Below, piece after piece: positions 1 to 8,916 of a DNA stretch of 64,000 nt (its first letter is position 1; each line of letters starts with the position of its first letter). The position numbers were made by a program, and so were the translations under genes. A model generated the notes under the pieces. The model ran no database searches. It was not told the DNA's origin and saw only the letters and a list, made by a program, of their open reading frames with translations. Source of the DNA: Firmicutes bacterium UBA3943 (GTDB lineage Bacteria > Bacillota > UBA4882 > UBA10575 > UBA3943); contig DGDV01000039.1 of assembly GCA_002385625.1 (NCBI GenBank), positions 52,564 through 116,563 on the forward strand. The letters are read 5' to 3'.

Positions 1-1
1 T

Positions 2-253
2 AGTGCCGCCGGTGTGCCTTTTACTGCGGCTTACCTTCAATCCAAGGGTGATCCCGTCACTGACCTTCAGGAAGATATGGCCGCAGAAGAAAAAGCGCGG
101 TCCACTTATGAATGGTTGATCAATCTCTCGGATGATCCGGATGTTACCGATGTCCTCCGTTTCCTCAGGCAGCGGGAGATTGTCCATTTCCAACGCTTCG
201 GGGAGGCTTTGGACTTAGTGCAGGAACATATGAATAGTAAACACTTTTACTGA
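2..253 (+). CDS. Mn-containing catalase family protein (CotJC-like), C-terminal fragment; 5' end lies outside the window
   Basis: Frame is open to the window edge. DLQEDMAAEEKARSTYEWL...FLRQREIVHFQRFGEAL resembles the C-terminal helices of the manganese catalase/CotJC family. A strong terminator follows. Confidence 0.65.
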   Translation, partial: SAAGVPFTAAYLQSKGDPVTDLQEDMAAEEKARSTYEWLINLSDDPDVTDVLRFLRQREIVHFQRFGEALDLVQEHMNSKHFY

Positions 254-344
254 TAATAAGGTGGCTGCTTGGTTACTGGTGTCGGGTAATATGTGGCGGG
301 TGCCCGGCGCCCGGCCGGGAATGACGGATAAGTGGTTTTTTATG

Positions 345-382
345 ATAAGACGGGGGACAAATATAACCCGTCTTATTTTTTC
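345..382 (+). terminator. Rho-independent terminator after the catalase gene
   Basis: Perfect 10-bp stem ATAAGACGGG/CCCGTCTTAT (345-354/367-376) followed by TTTTTT. Confidence 0.75.
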
Positions 383-497
383 GTTTGTTTCTTTGGAAGG
401 TAAAAAGCCGGTGGAAAGTGAATACTATTGGCAGTCAGATTTTTTGCCCGTTTTGGCTACACGAATTGCTAGCTTTGATTGCAAAGGAGGAGTGAAA

Positions 498-878
498 TTG
501 GAACAAGCATCCACCAGAGTTGCGGAGTTACTGGACCAAGCGGACCAAGCTTTAAGTGCTGCCGAGACAGGTTTGGAGAAAGAAGCGGATCTGGCGGAGA
601 TTCTTGCCCAGGCGCAAAAATCGGCCACCCTGCTTTTTACCGCCTTTATTCAGGCAAAAGGTGAGGAAGCACCGGCCGGCGCTTCCCTGCGGGCGCTCTG
701 GAATCGCTGTGTTGAACTGGAGGCGGAGTTCGCTGACCTGGAGGAGACCGTGGAGTACCTCATTGTAGAGAGTCCCGTGGAGGACCTGGATATTGAAGAT
801 CTGGGAGAGATTGTCGACGCGGCCAATGAGATCTGGGACTTTGTCGTTGGCTTCTTCCCCGAGTCCGACCTTCCTTAG
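498..878 (+). CDS. Hypothetical acidic all-helical protein (~126 aa)
   Basis: AAAGGAGG at 483-490 precedes in-frame GTG 492 and TTG 498. The 205-aa track ORF from 261 crosses the terminator at 345-382, so its N-terminal part is rejected. No family recognised. Confidence 0.5.
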   Translation: MEQASTRVAELLDQADQALSAAETGLEKEADLAEILAQAQKSATLLFTAFIQAKGEEAPAGASLRALWNRCVELEAEFADLEETVEYLIVESPVEDLDIEDLGEIVDAANEIWDFVVGFFPESDLP

Positions 879-910
879 GTCGAACCACAAATGCTAAAGG
901 AAACTAATGG

Positions 911-947
911 TGAAGGGACGTTCTTTTGCGACGTCCCCTTCTTTTGT
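911..947 (+). terminator. Rho-independent terminator
   Basis: GAAGGGACG...CGTCCCCTTC hairpin followed by a T-run (TTCTTTTG). Confidence 0.6.
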
Positions 948-1046
948 CCGATGCAAGTTGCTGGCGGAAAACAAGCTGTCGACCGCCTGTTTTTTCCTGA
1001 ATCTTTTGTAAAAAAGCCCGTTATAAGCAGGTGACTTATCATTAAC

Positions 1047-1074
1047 GGCGAATAATTCCTGGCGAATAATTCCT
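1047..1074. repeat. Perfect 14-bp tandem duplication GGCGAATAATTCCT x2
   Basis: 1047-1060 and 1061-1074 are identical by direct reading; located ~60 nt upstream of rnhB. Confidence 0.9.
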
Positions 1075-1133
1075 TTAGTTTTCGACAATTTGGGACGATA
1101 TTTAAATATAGGGTATGTAACGGAGGCACTGGG

Positions 1134-1820
1134 ATGGGCAGACGGATCATTTGCGACGAAGCCCTTGAGCGGGAGCGACAGTTGAAGATGTTTGTTTTTG
1201 AAAAGGAACTGGTCGTCCAGGGATACCGCGTTATTGCCGGTGTAGATGAGGCGGGGCGCGGACCGCTGGCCGGCCCCGTGGTGGCCGCCGCCGTGGTGTT
1301 ACCCAGAGATATTTATCTACCCGGTTTGAACGACTCCAAACAGATGCGGCCCGCTGCCCGCGAGCGCCTCTATGAATTGATGTTGCAAGAGAAAGTGGCC
1401 TTTGGCATCGGCATTGGCACTGTAGCGGAGATTGATGCCCTGAATATTCTGGGCGCCACTAAGTTGGCGATGCAGCGGGCAGTGGCCGGGCTGCCGGAGC
1501 AACCCGACTTTTTACTGATCGATGCCCTGACACTGCCGGAGCTTAACCTGCCCCAAAAGGGGATTGTCCATGGCGACGCCTTGTCGTTATCTATTGCCGC
1601 AGCTTCAGTCTTTGCCAAAGTAACGCGGGACCGGATGATGGAGGAGTTGGACCGGGAGTATCCGGAGTATGGTTTTGCTAAGCATAAAGGATATCCGACG
1701 GCTGCCCATTACCGGGCCCTGGCGAAGTATGGTCCTTCACCCATACATCGCCGGTCCTTCCGGTTGGCAGCCGAGGAACAGTTGGCACTGGCGTGGCCCA
1801 AGGATGGTGAAGCGGGTTGA
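1134..1820 (+). CDS. rnhB: Ribonuclease HII
   Basis: GVDEAGRGPLAGPVVAAAV catalytic motif and KGYPT motif; ACGGAGG RBS 6 nt upstream of the ATG. Confidence 0.9.
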   Translation: MGRRIICDEALERERQLKMFVFEKELVVQGYRVIAGVDEAGRGPLAGPVVAAAVVLPRDIYLPGLNDSKQMRPAARERLYELMLQEKVAFGIGIGTVAEIDALNILGATKLAMQRAVAGLPEQPDFLLIDALTLPELNLPQKGIVHGDALSLSIAAASVFAKVTRDRMMEELDREYPEYGFAKHKGYPTAAHYRALAKYGPSPIHRRSFRLAAEEQLALAWPKDGEAG

Positions 1821-2782
1821 AGATCCAGGGACCCATTCCCGGTAATATCCCCGGTGCCAAAACGGCAACGGCCCCACCGTCCGGCGGGTTAATCCGGGGC
1901 GAATTGGCCCGGACCGGGGACGGAAAGGAATTGGTCCTAAAAACCCAAGGCCAGCAGTGGCCGGTCCAGTTACTGATGGCCGATCTGCCCTGCAACCAGG
2001 AGATGACCTTTCAAATCATCGGCCGGGAGAATGGGCAGTTGCTGTTACGGGTGGTTAATCCGGGTGAAGACCGTTTGGCTGGGACATTGCAGAACCTTGG
2101 TTTTAAACCCACTGAATTCTGGCGTGAGTTGGCCCAGGGTTTGCTGCTGGAGAATATGGCTGTTAGCCGGGAAAACTTAGTACAATTGGAGCGTTTTTTA
2201 CGCCTGGCCAGGCAGCAGTGGGGTGTGGTCTTAAACCCGCGGGTGGTTGCCCACCTTATGTCCAGAGGACTGCCGGTAACTCCCGAAACGGTGCTTTTCA
2301 CCATTTATCAACTTTTCCCAGGATACCGGAAAGATTTCCCCGGTAAGCCCAGGACCCTTCCTGTGGATCCGGAGGATGTGGAGGGGTTGGCAGAGTTTTT
2401 CCGGGAGTTTCAAGAAACAGGACCGGAGGGAACTGAGCGGAACTTGGCTATGCTTATTAGTCCGGTTGTCTGGCAAACTAAAGACGGAGGAGAGATTCAC
2501 TGGCCTGTTGAACAGGGGGGCAACAGGCAAGCACAGTCTACGGCCGGTTTTGTTTTGGAACTGATCCCGCCCAACTTAGGGTTGGTGGAGGTTAAGGGCT
2601 TTTGGGAGGAACAATGCTGTAACCTGACCTTTATTGTGGCGCCTGAAGTTATTGATCTCTTCCGGATTGAGTTGCCTAACTGGCTGACGCGCCTCGAAGC
2701 GGCAGGATTTCATATATATGTCACCGTAAAAGCAAGGGAGACAGGGACGAGCCCACCTGTTTCGGTGGATGGGTGGGTGTGA
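1817..2782 (+). CDS. Hypothetical protein in the position of B. subtilis YlqG (flagellar hook-length-control-like)
   Basis: TTG start overlaps the rnhB stop. Located between rnhB and a FlhB-C-like gene, as in B. subtilis rnhB-ylqG-ylqH. No motif recognised. Confidence 0.45.
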   Translation: MKIQGPIPGNIPGAKTATAPPSGGLIRGELARTGDGKELVLKTQGQQWPVQLLMADLPCNQEMTFQIIGRENGQLLLRVVNPGEDRLAGTLQNLGFKPTEFWRELAQGLLLENMAVSRENLVQLERFLRLARQQWGVVLNPRVVAHLMSRGLPVTPETVLFTIYQLFPGYRKDFPGKPRTLPVDPEDVEGLAEFFREFQETGPEGTERNLAMLISPVVWQTKDGGEIHWPVEQGGNRQAQSTAGFVLELIPPNLGLVEVKGFWEEQCCNLTFIVAPEVIDLFRIELPNWLTRLEAAGFHIYVTVKARETGTSPPVSVDGWV

Positions 2783-2783
2783 G

Positions 2784-3077
2784 ATGGAAGAACGGAAACA
2801 AGCTGTGGCCTTACGGTATAAAGCGGGAGAAGATGCAGCGCCGGTGGTCCTGGCCAAAGGCAAAGGGGTCATTGCCGAAGCCATTGTCGAACTGGCCAAA
2901 CAAGCGGGGATCCCTGCCGTTGCTGATCAAGAGTTGTTGAGTTTGTTGGCTGCGACGGAGGTGGGGGAGGCTATTCCTCCCGAGGCTTATCAGCTCGCGG
3001 CGGAGGTTATTGCCTTTGTCTGGCGTTTGGACCGTGAGCTGCAACGCCGGCAGAGAAAGACGGGTAAAGAAAGATAG
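2784..3077 (+). CDS. FlhB C-terminal-domain-like protein (EscU/YscU/HrcU family, YlqH-like)
   Basis: KQAVALRYKAGEDAAPVVLAKGKGVIAEAIVELAKQAGIP...EAIPPEAYQLAAEVIAFV matches the post-cleavage FlhB-CC subdomain. ATG 2784 lies directly after the upstream stop; the track start 2769 is also possible. Confidence 0.75.
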   Translation: MEERKQAVALRYKAGEDAAPVVLAKGKGVIAEAIVELAKQAGIPAVADQELLSLLAATEVGEAIPPEAYQLAAEVIAFVWRLDRELQRRQRKTGKER

Positions 3078-3125
3078 AGGAAGAACAGCAAACCATTCTG
3101 GAGATTCAGGGAGGAACACTTGGAC

Positions 3126-4184
3126 ATGCGTAAAGTCTTATTGCAGGATTTAACCCCCGAGATGAAGCTGGCGCGGACGGTCTTTAACCCGGACGGGCGG
3201 GTATTGGTTGCCGCCGGGACAGCGGTAACACCGAAAGTTGTTGCTAGGTTGGCGGAGAAGGGTCTACCGGCCGTATATGTCAGTACACCGACCTCGCCGC
3301 TGGTGGAGGATATTATCTCCGAGAAGACCATCGCAATGCTGTTGAAACCCTTTTATGAAATGTATCAATCGATAAAAGCCGGACGCGGCCTGGAGTGGAG
3401 AGGCGTAAAAGAGCCGCTGAATGCCTTGGTTGATGAGGCGCTTAGCCATCGCCGCAATTTAGTTGGTTGGACGGATATCCGGATTCATGACGCCTACCTA
3501 TTTGGTCATTCCATCAACGTGACGGTGCTTTCGGTCCTCATGGGGATTATGTATGGCTATAACGAGATCAAACTCAGGGAATTGGCGATAGGCGCCCTCT
3601 TTCATGACCTGGGAATGTTGCTGATACCCCAGGCGATCCTGGAGAAGCGGAGTGCCTTGAATGCTGCCGAAGAGCGCCAGATGCGCGAGCACGCCAACCT
3701 TGGTTTCCAGCTCTTGCGGGGCCGGGACGATATTTCGGCGGTTTCCGCCAACATTGCCTACCAACACCATGAACGCCTGGATAAGAGCGGTTATCCCCGG
3801 AACCTTTCGGATGAGGGGATCCTTGAGATGTCCAAGATTGTAGCAGTGGCGGATGTTTATGATGCCATGACCTCCGAACGGGTCTACCGCCGCGCCCTCA
3901 GTCCACGGCAAGCTGTGAATTATCTGCGGAGTAATGCTGGACGTTTGTTTGATCCCCTTGCTGTTGCAGTTTTGGTAAAATGTGTGGCCGAGTATCCGGT
4001 TGGCACGAGAGTACGTTTGAGTAACGGGCAGATTGCTGTGGTTTCCAGGGTCAATCCAGAAGACGGACGCCGTCCTTGTGTGACAGTGGGCGGTGGACAC
4101 GAAATCAACCTGTTGGACCGGACAGAACTGGCTATTGTGGAGGAAGTGGAAGAAATTAGGTATAACGGAGCCAGCGGGGAATAA
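3126..4184 (+). CDS. HD-GYP domain protein (putative c-di-GMP phosphodiesterase)
   Basis: HDLGM...HHERLDKSGYP motifs; CAGGGAGGA RBS upstream of ATG 3126 (track start TTG 3120). Confidence 0.85.
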   Translation: MRKVLLQDLTPEMKLARTVFNPDGRVLVAAGTAVTPKVVARLAEKGLPAVYVSTPTSPLVEDIISEKTIAMLLKPFYEMYQSIKAGRGLEWRGVKEPLNALVDEALSHRRNLVGWTDIRIHDAYLFGHSINVTVLSVLMGIMYGYNEIKLRELAIGALFHDLGMLLIPQAILEKRSALNAAEERQMREHANLGFQLLRGRDDISAVSANIAYQHHERLDKSGYPRNLSDEGILEMSKIVAVADVYDAMTSERVYRRALSPRQAVNYLRSNAGRLFDPLAVAVLVKCVAEYPVGTRVRLSNGQIAVVSRVNPEDGRRPCVTVGGGHEINLLDRTELAIVEEVEEIRYNGASGE

Positions 4185-4218
4185 ACTTAATTAAGTTATT
4201 TTTAGGCCAGAGTCTTGC

Positions 4219-4243
4219 CATCCGCCACAAGGCGGTTTTTTTA
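4219..4243 (+). terminator. Rho-independent terminator
   Basis: CCGCC-ACAA-GGCGG hairpin followed by TTTTTTT. Confidence 0.6.
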
Positions 4244-4329
4244 TTTTCCGGACGGCAGGGAAAAGATAAAAAATATAGAAAATAACATATGTTTTTGCTA
4301 AAAAGCAGTTTTGCGGAGAGGGTGGAGGG

Positions 4330-4722
4330 ATGTGCATGGACCGAAAGGCCACCGGTCGTTACGGGGAGGACGAGGCAGTGGAGATCCTGCGACGTAAGGG
4401 TTATCTTATCCGGGACCGGAACTATCACACAAAGTACGGGGAACTTGACGTTGTAGCCGAGGACGGAACTTTTCTGGTCTTTGTAGAGGTAAAAGCCCGC
4501 AAAAGCAGTTGCCACCACACTGGTCTGGAAGCAATAACCCGGACAAAACGTATGCATTTGACAAAGGCTGCCGCCCTTTATCTGGCCCGGCACCGGCTGC
4601 AAGACCGGCCTTGCCGTTTTGATGTGATGGCTGTTTACACCAACGCCGGCGGTGAGGTGGAAGGGTATCTGCACATTCCCGGTGCTTTTCAGGTGGAAGG
4701 CGGGAGGGTGTACTCATGCTAG
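4330..4722 (+). CDS. yraN: YraN family (UPF0102) endonuclease-like protein
   Basis: GEDEAVEILRRKGYLIRDRNY...GELDVVAEDG..LVFVEVKAR signature; the start may be ATG 4336. Confidence 0.85.
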   Translation: MCMDRKATGRYGEDEAVEILRRKGYLIRDRNYHTKYGELDVVAEDGTFLVFVEVKARKSSCHHTGLEAITRTKRMHLTKAAALYLARHRLQDRPCRFDVMAVYTNAGGEVEGYLHIPGAFQVEGGRVYSC

Positions 4723-6257
4723 CGAAGGTGATGAGCGCTTCCGTCCTTGGTGTGGATGGTTTTACGGTGGCGGTAGAGGTGGACCTGGGGTTGGGGCTAC
4801 CGTCCTTCGATATTGTCGGTTTGCCCGACACCGCGGTGCGGGAGTCTCGGGAACGGGTGCGATCGGCCATTAAAAACTCGGGTTATGAATTTCCAGCCCA
4901 TAAGATTACTATAAATTTGGCGCCGGCCAATGTCAGAAAAGAGGGCGCCGCCTACGATCTGCCCATTGCCGTGGGGATCTTGGCGGCCCATGGGTCAGTC
5001 CGGATGGATTTGTTGGAACGCACGGTGATCGTGGGGGAATTGGCCTTGGATGGCCAGGTCCGGCCGGTCAATGGTGTGTTGGCGATGGCCCAAGCAGTGG
5101 TGGAAGGCGGGGCCGACTTCTTTGTGGTACCCCGGGAGAATCTGCAGGAGGCGGCGGTGGTGGAGGGGATTATGCCTGTCCCGGTCTGGGATATCCGGGA
5201 GACCGTGAGTTTTTTGAATGGCGACTGGCAACCCGAACCCGTCCGGGTGGACTGGGAAGAGGCGGGCCAACCGGTGTATCCCGAGGATTTTCGGGATGTC
5301 CAGGGACATGACCATGCTAAACGTGCCTTGGAGATTGCCGCTGCCGGTGGGCACAACCTCTTGTTCATCGGCCCGCCGGGCTCGGGCAAGACCATGCTGG
5401 CCCGGCGCTTACCCTCCATCCTGCCGCCTTTGACCAGGGAAGAAGCCATGGAGCTGTCCCGGGTCTATAGCGTGGCCGGGATGCTGCCGACGGGTGTCTC
5501 CCTCCTGACCCAGCGGCCCTTTCGCAGTCCTCACCATACCATCAGCGCCGCCGGTTTAATCGGCGGCGGGCGGATTCCCCGGCCGGGTGAGGTGAGCCTG
5601 GCCCATTACGGTGTGTTATATATGGATGAGTTCCCTGAGTTCCCCCGGGAGGCCTTGGAAGCATTGCGGCAGCCTCTGGAGGATGGGGTGGTGACCATTG
5701 CCCGGGCGGCCACGACCCTGACTTATCCGGCCAAGATGATGCTGGTGGCAAGTCAGAATCCCTGTCCATGCGGCTTTTTAGGCGATGCGGCCCGTCCCTG
5801 TGTTTGCACGCCCATCCAGGTTCACCGGTACCGCTCGCGAATCTCCGGACCCCTCTTGGACCGCATCGACCTGGTTGTGGAAGTACCCCGCTTGCGCCAT
5901 GATGAACTGCTGGGCAGGAAAGAGGGGGAAAGTTCGGCGGCCATCCGGGCTAGGGTGACTGCAGCCAGAAGCATTCAAACCCAGCGGTTGGCGGGGATGG
6001 GCCTGTACTGCAACGCCCATATGGGCGCCAAGGAACTGAAAATCTACTGCGCCCTGGGTGAGGCGGAGCGCCGCCTAGTGGCGAAGGCTATGCAGACTTA
6101 CAATCTCTCGGGCCGCGCCTATGCCCGCCTGCTCCGCGTAGCCCGCACCATCGCCGACCTGGCGGGATCCGACCGCATCGAACTCCCGCACTTGGCCGAG
6201 GCCTTGCAGTATCGTTACAACGAAAGAGGCCTGCCCGGCGCCGCCGGGGTGAGGTAG
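4716..6257 (+). CDS. comM: YifB/ComM family Mg-chelatase-like AAA+ ATPase
   Basis: N-terminal Lon-protease-like domain, Walker A GPPGSGKT, C-terminal Mg-chelatase subunit ChlI-like region. Full length (513 aa); overlaps the yraN stop. Confidence 0.9.
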   Translation: MLAKVMSASVLGVDGFTVAVEVDLGLGLPSFDIVGLPDTAVRESRERVRSAIKNSGYEFPAHKITINLAPANVRKEGAAYDLPIAVGILAAHGSVRMDLLERTVIVGELALDGQVRPVNGVLAMAQAVVEGGADFFVVPRENLQEAAVVEGIMPVPVWDIRETVSFLNGDWQPEPVRVDWEEAGQPVYPEDFRDVQGHDHAKRALEIAAAGGHNLLFIGPPGSGKTMLARRLPSILPPLTREEAMELSRVYSVAGMLPTGVSLLTQRPFRSPHHTISAAGLIGGGRIPRPGEVSLAHYGVLYMDEFPEFPREALEALRQPLEDGVVTIARAATTLTYPAKMMLVASQNPCPCGFLGDAARPCVCTPIQVHRYRSRISGPLLDRIDLVVEVPRLRHDELLGRKEGESSAAIRARVTAARSIQTQRLAGMGLYCNAHMGAKELKIYCALGEAERRLVAKAMQTYNLSGRAYARLLRVARTIADLAGSDRIELPHLAEALQYRYNERGLPGAAGVR

Positions 6258-6338
6258 GAGAGGGAAGTTTCATCAAATAATAAAAGCCTCTTCCTTTAGG
6301 CGTTTATGTTCAACAGTAGAGCAAAGAGGTGTTTAAAA

Positions 6339-6734
6339 ATGGAAGTTGAGAAAACAAATCTGCTTAATTTTGTAATGTGGCATGAACGCTAACTTCGGAC
6401 AGGTCCAAAATGTCCATTTTGTCAAGGCGTAAATCCCCAATGCCAGCTTGGAAACGAAAATATCGAAAATAAATCCCTGGCGGAACTTCTATTTGGAATG
6501 AATGAGACTGAATTAATTGAAAGAAACATGGAGCTGTTGCCTAAAGGGGAACTTACTGATGCTGAGATGTTGATTATCGAAGACTTTATCCGGCAAAAGA
6601 TTACAGACATCAAGGAAGATAGTTTAAGTAACAATTTAAACGGGACGTTTGTGTGTCCGCTGCGTGATACACTTCGCCAAAGGCTCCAGTCTGAACTGGT
6701 AAGTTTACAACAGTTAGTTTTAGATAAAGTATAA
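6339..6734 (+). pseudogene. CPFC zinc-ribbon-like small ORF interrupted by an in-frame TAA (6390-6392); the distal part 6498-6734 may be expressed alone
   Basis: Reading from ATG 6339 gives MEVEKTNLLNFVMWHER-stop-LRTGPKCPFCQGVNPQCQ..., continuous with the 78-aa track ORF in the same frame. The region is AT-rich. Confidence 0.35.
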
Positions 6735-6759
6735 GGTTTAATGTGTTGGGGGTTATGGA

Positions 6760-7071
6760 ATGCGTTATTACGTCTTAGAAGAAGATCACCAAGCCGAGTG
6801 CAAGATTTACTTAGGCAACCTTAATTTGCCTTGGGATCAGGAGATGGTGATGATACTTGGCAAAATAGAGTTTATTAACACCGAACCTATTAATATACCA
6901 TTAAAACAACAACCGGTGGGAGGTAGATCCGACTTTTTAAATACCCAATTGACATTGGTATCAAATGCTCTGATGAACATTATTAAGGAAAAGGCAAGAG
7001 ACCGTGTGTTTTTTCGTCCAGCTTTTCTCATCTATGAGCGATTGACTTTGACACTTATGTCAGTCAGCTAA
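6760..7071 (+). CDS. Hypothetical protein (103 aa), orphan
   Basis: ORF in the AT-rich island, with GGGGG upstream. Its stop lies 2 nt before the next start. No confident family. Confidence 0.45.
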   Translation: MRYYVLEEDHQAECKIYLGNLNLPWDQEMVMILGKIEFINTEPINIPLKQQPVGGRSDFLNTQLTLVSNALMNIIKEKARDRVFFRPAFLIYERLTLTLMSVS

Positions 7072-7073
7072 TT

Positions 7074-7958
7074 GTGTCGCCTAAGCGGGAAAAGTACCTG
7101 ATTTTGTATGGAAATGACGCGCTCATTTTTGATGCCAAGACGGATAAGTTGCTTATCAAGGGAAGTATTAAAACCAATGAACGGGAAATTACCGATTTTG
7201 TCAAATGGTTGAACGACGATGAATTGGTGGTTGTGGTAAATCATCATACAACAAATATATTTGGACGTTTTAAAACCAGTGATTTTAAAGACTTTCAGTT
7301 GATTGAAAAGATTGAGAAGACTATAAAACGACGTTATTCAAATAGCTATAACAAACAATTAGTACAGAAAAATAATGATAAAAAAATAGTCATTCAATAT
7401 GAGAACGGGGAAACGTGGGATACTGGCCTTGCTTTTGAATTCACTGGATTTTGTTGGTCCAATGACGATAGATATTTACAAGTTTCTAATGATAACGAAG
7501 AGTATTTAATTGATACAGTGACTAAAACTACGAGAAAAACATATTTGATGAGCAGTAATTGGGCTCCAACCAAGAATTTACTTATGTTCATGGGTCACTC
7601 TGTTTATGGCCCGGAGACCCAAGAGGTGACTTATATAAACAGAAGTGGAATACCACAAAACTCCATCGATACGCGCATCTGGTCCCCGAATAGCGAGAAA
7701 ATCCTAATCGCCACAGGTAAAGAGCTGTTTGTTTCTAATATAAATATACCGGAAGTTCCACCGAAAAAATTGCTTAAAGTTGATGAACCAAGCTATCTAG
7801 AGGAGAAATTTTTTTGGTCGAAGGATGGCCGAAGCCTATTTGGTATATATCAACGAACGGCACGAAACATCGTAAAACCGCTGGATTTTATTGCCTTTAA
7901 GATTAATCTTGTAACTGGGAAGGTCCAAGAAGTTTATCTTAACGATGCCTACTATTGA
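7074..7958 (+). CDS. Hypothetical protein with beta-propeller-like (PD40/TolB-like) repeats
   Basis: GTG start follows directly after the upstream stop. Repeated W/F-S-x-D/N-G/S-x-x-L motifs (FCWSNDDRYLQV, IWSPNSEKILIA, FFWSKDGRSLFG). Confidence 0.5.
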   Translation: MSPKREKYLILYGNDALIFDAKTDKLLIKGSIKTNEREITDFVKWLNDDELVVVVNHHTTNIFGRFKTSDFKDFQLIEKIEKTIKRRYSNSYNKQLVQKNNDKKIVIQYENGETWDTGLAFEFTGFCWSNDDRYLQVSNDNEEYLIDTVTKTTRKTYLMSSNWAPTKNLLMFMGHSVYGPETQEVTYINRSGIPQNSIDTRIWSPNSEKILIATGKELFVSNINIPEVPPKKLLKVDEPSYLEEKFFWSKDGRSLFGIYQRTARNIVKPLDFIAFKINLVTGKVQEVYLNDAYY

Positions 7959-8676
7959 TATGATCCGGCCGGATGGTTTTAAGGTGGATGTAATCGGCCA
8001 TAGCATGGGGTGTCTGGCGACTGCTTCTTATATAGCCGGTATCTCCGGGGTTCCTTATGGTAATGACATTGACCAGTTTGTGGCCCTTGGCGCTCCCTTT
8101 GGCGGTAATATCTTTGCTGTTTATGCAGATTATACAGATGGACGGCCGGTTTACCCTATTACTGAGAAAGTAAAAGAAAAATCACCATCAGCTGATAAGG
8201 TTTTACATTTATACCCCCCGTATTTTGTAAGAAAACAAGTTGAGAGAGCCATGCCGAACATGCATGAAAAGGGGCCGGCATATAAATGTTTAAGCAAGAA
8301 TAGCGAAGCAATTAAACAATTGCGCACTGCATGGAACGCGGTGGGGCCACGCGGTGTCCGCGCCTATGCACTACAGGGATATGATGGAGATTGGGTTGTT
8401 TCCAGACAGAGTTCCTTCTGCCTTAAACATATGACCAAATATGTGATGGAAGGCAAAGTATTTCATTGTTTACAAGCGGATAACCGGGATTGGCAGCAAA
8501 CGGTCTATAATATTTTAGCTAAAGGTCACAGTGACAAGAAAATCAAGAAATTTGGCGAGTATGTTGACAACCGATATGAAGCTGTCAAAAAATTGGAAGA
8601 GAAGAAGCGTAAGGAACAAATTAAAGAGCTATTTAAAGGTAAACTTTATCCTGGGTTTTGGTATAAAGAATTATAA
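7945..8676 (+). CDS. Alpha/beta-hydrolase (lipase-like) fragment lacking the N-terminal third of the fold
   Basis: Nucleophile elbow VIGHSMG sits only ~20 aa from the start. YDGDWVV and later His residues are candidate triad members. Overlaps the upstream ORF by 14 nt. Confidence 0.5.
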   Translation: MPTIDMIRPDGFKVDVIGHSMGCLATASYIAGISGVPYGNDIDQFVALGAPFGGNIFAVYADYTDGRPVYPITEKVKEKSPSADKVLHLYPPYFVRKQVERAMPNMHEKGPAYKCLSKNSEAIKQLRTAWNAVGPRGVRAYALQGYDGDWVVSRQSSFCLKHMTKYVMEGKVFHCLQADNRDWQQTVYNILAKGHSDKKIKKFGEYVDNRYEAVKKLEEKKRKEQIKELFKGKLYPGFWYKEL

Positions 8677-8884
8677 GTTTGGAGATGGGTTATTTACAAA
8701 TTTAACAATTGAGCCCGGGAAAAAACAGAAACAAGCAATAAATGCAGGTTAAAAGGGTGGACTCACCACGAGGCCACTCTTTTTATATATTGTCCCCAAA
8801 TTGTAAATCTAACAAGAATTATGAAACCGGCTGTGTAAGATCTTCCCCCTGGAAAAAAGGGAGATTCGGGTGTACAATAATAAT

Positions 8885-8898
8885 CGAACATATGTTCT
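8885..8898. promoter_or_regulatory. LexA operator (Cheo/SOS box) CGAACATATGTTCT
   Basis: GAAC-N4-GTTC palindrome matching the Firmicute consensus CGAACN4GTTCG, 19 nt upstream of the umuD-like ATG. Confidence 0.8.
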
Positions 8899-8916
8899 GC
8901 AGGAGGGGACGACAAC

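Noticed and set aside
261-497. N-terminal 79 codons of the 205-aa track ORF 261..878
   Set aside because: This part runs straight through a perfect 10-bp-stem terminator (345-382) and has no RBS. A strong AAAGGAGG at 483-490 with in-frame GTG/TTG marks the real start.
7074-8676. A single frameshifted S9-type peptidase (propeller + hydrolase) reconstructed from the two overlapping ORFs
   Set aside because: The junction sequence does not resemble the first half of an alpha/beta-hydrolase fold. The GHSMG elbow is lipase-type rather than GxSYGG. No slippery site is evident at the 14-nt overlap. Kept only as a remark.
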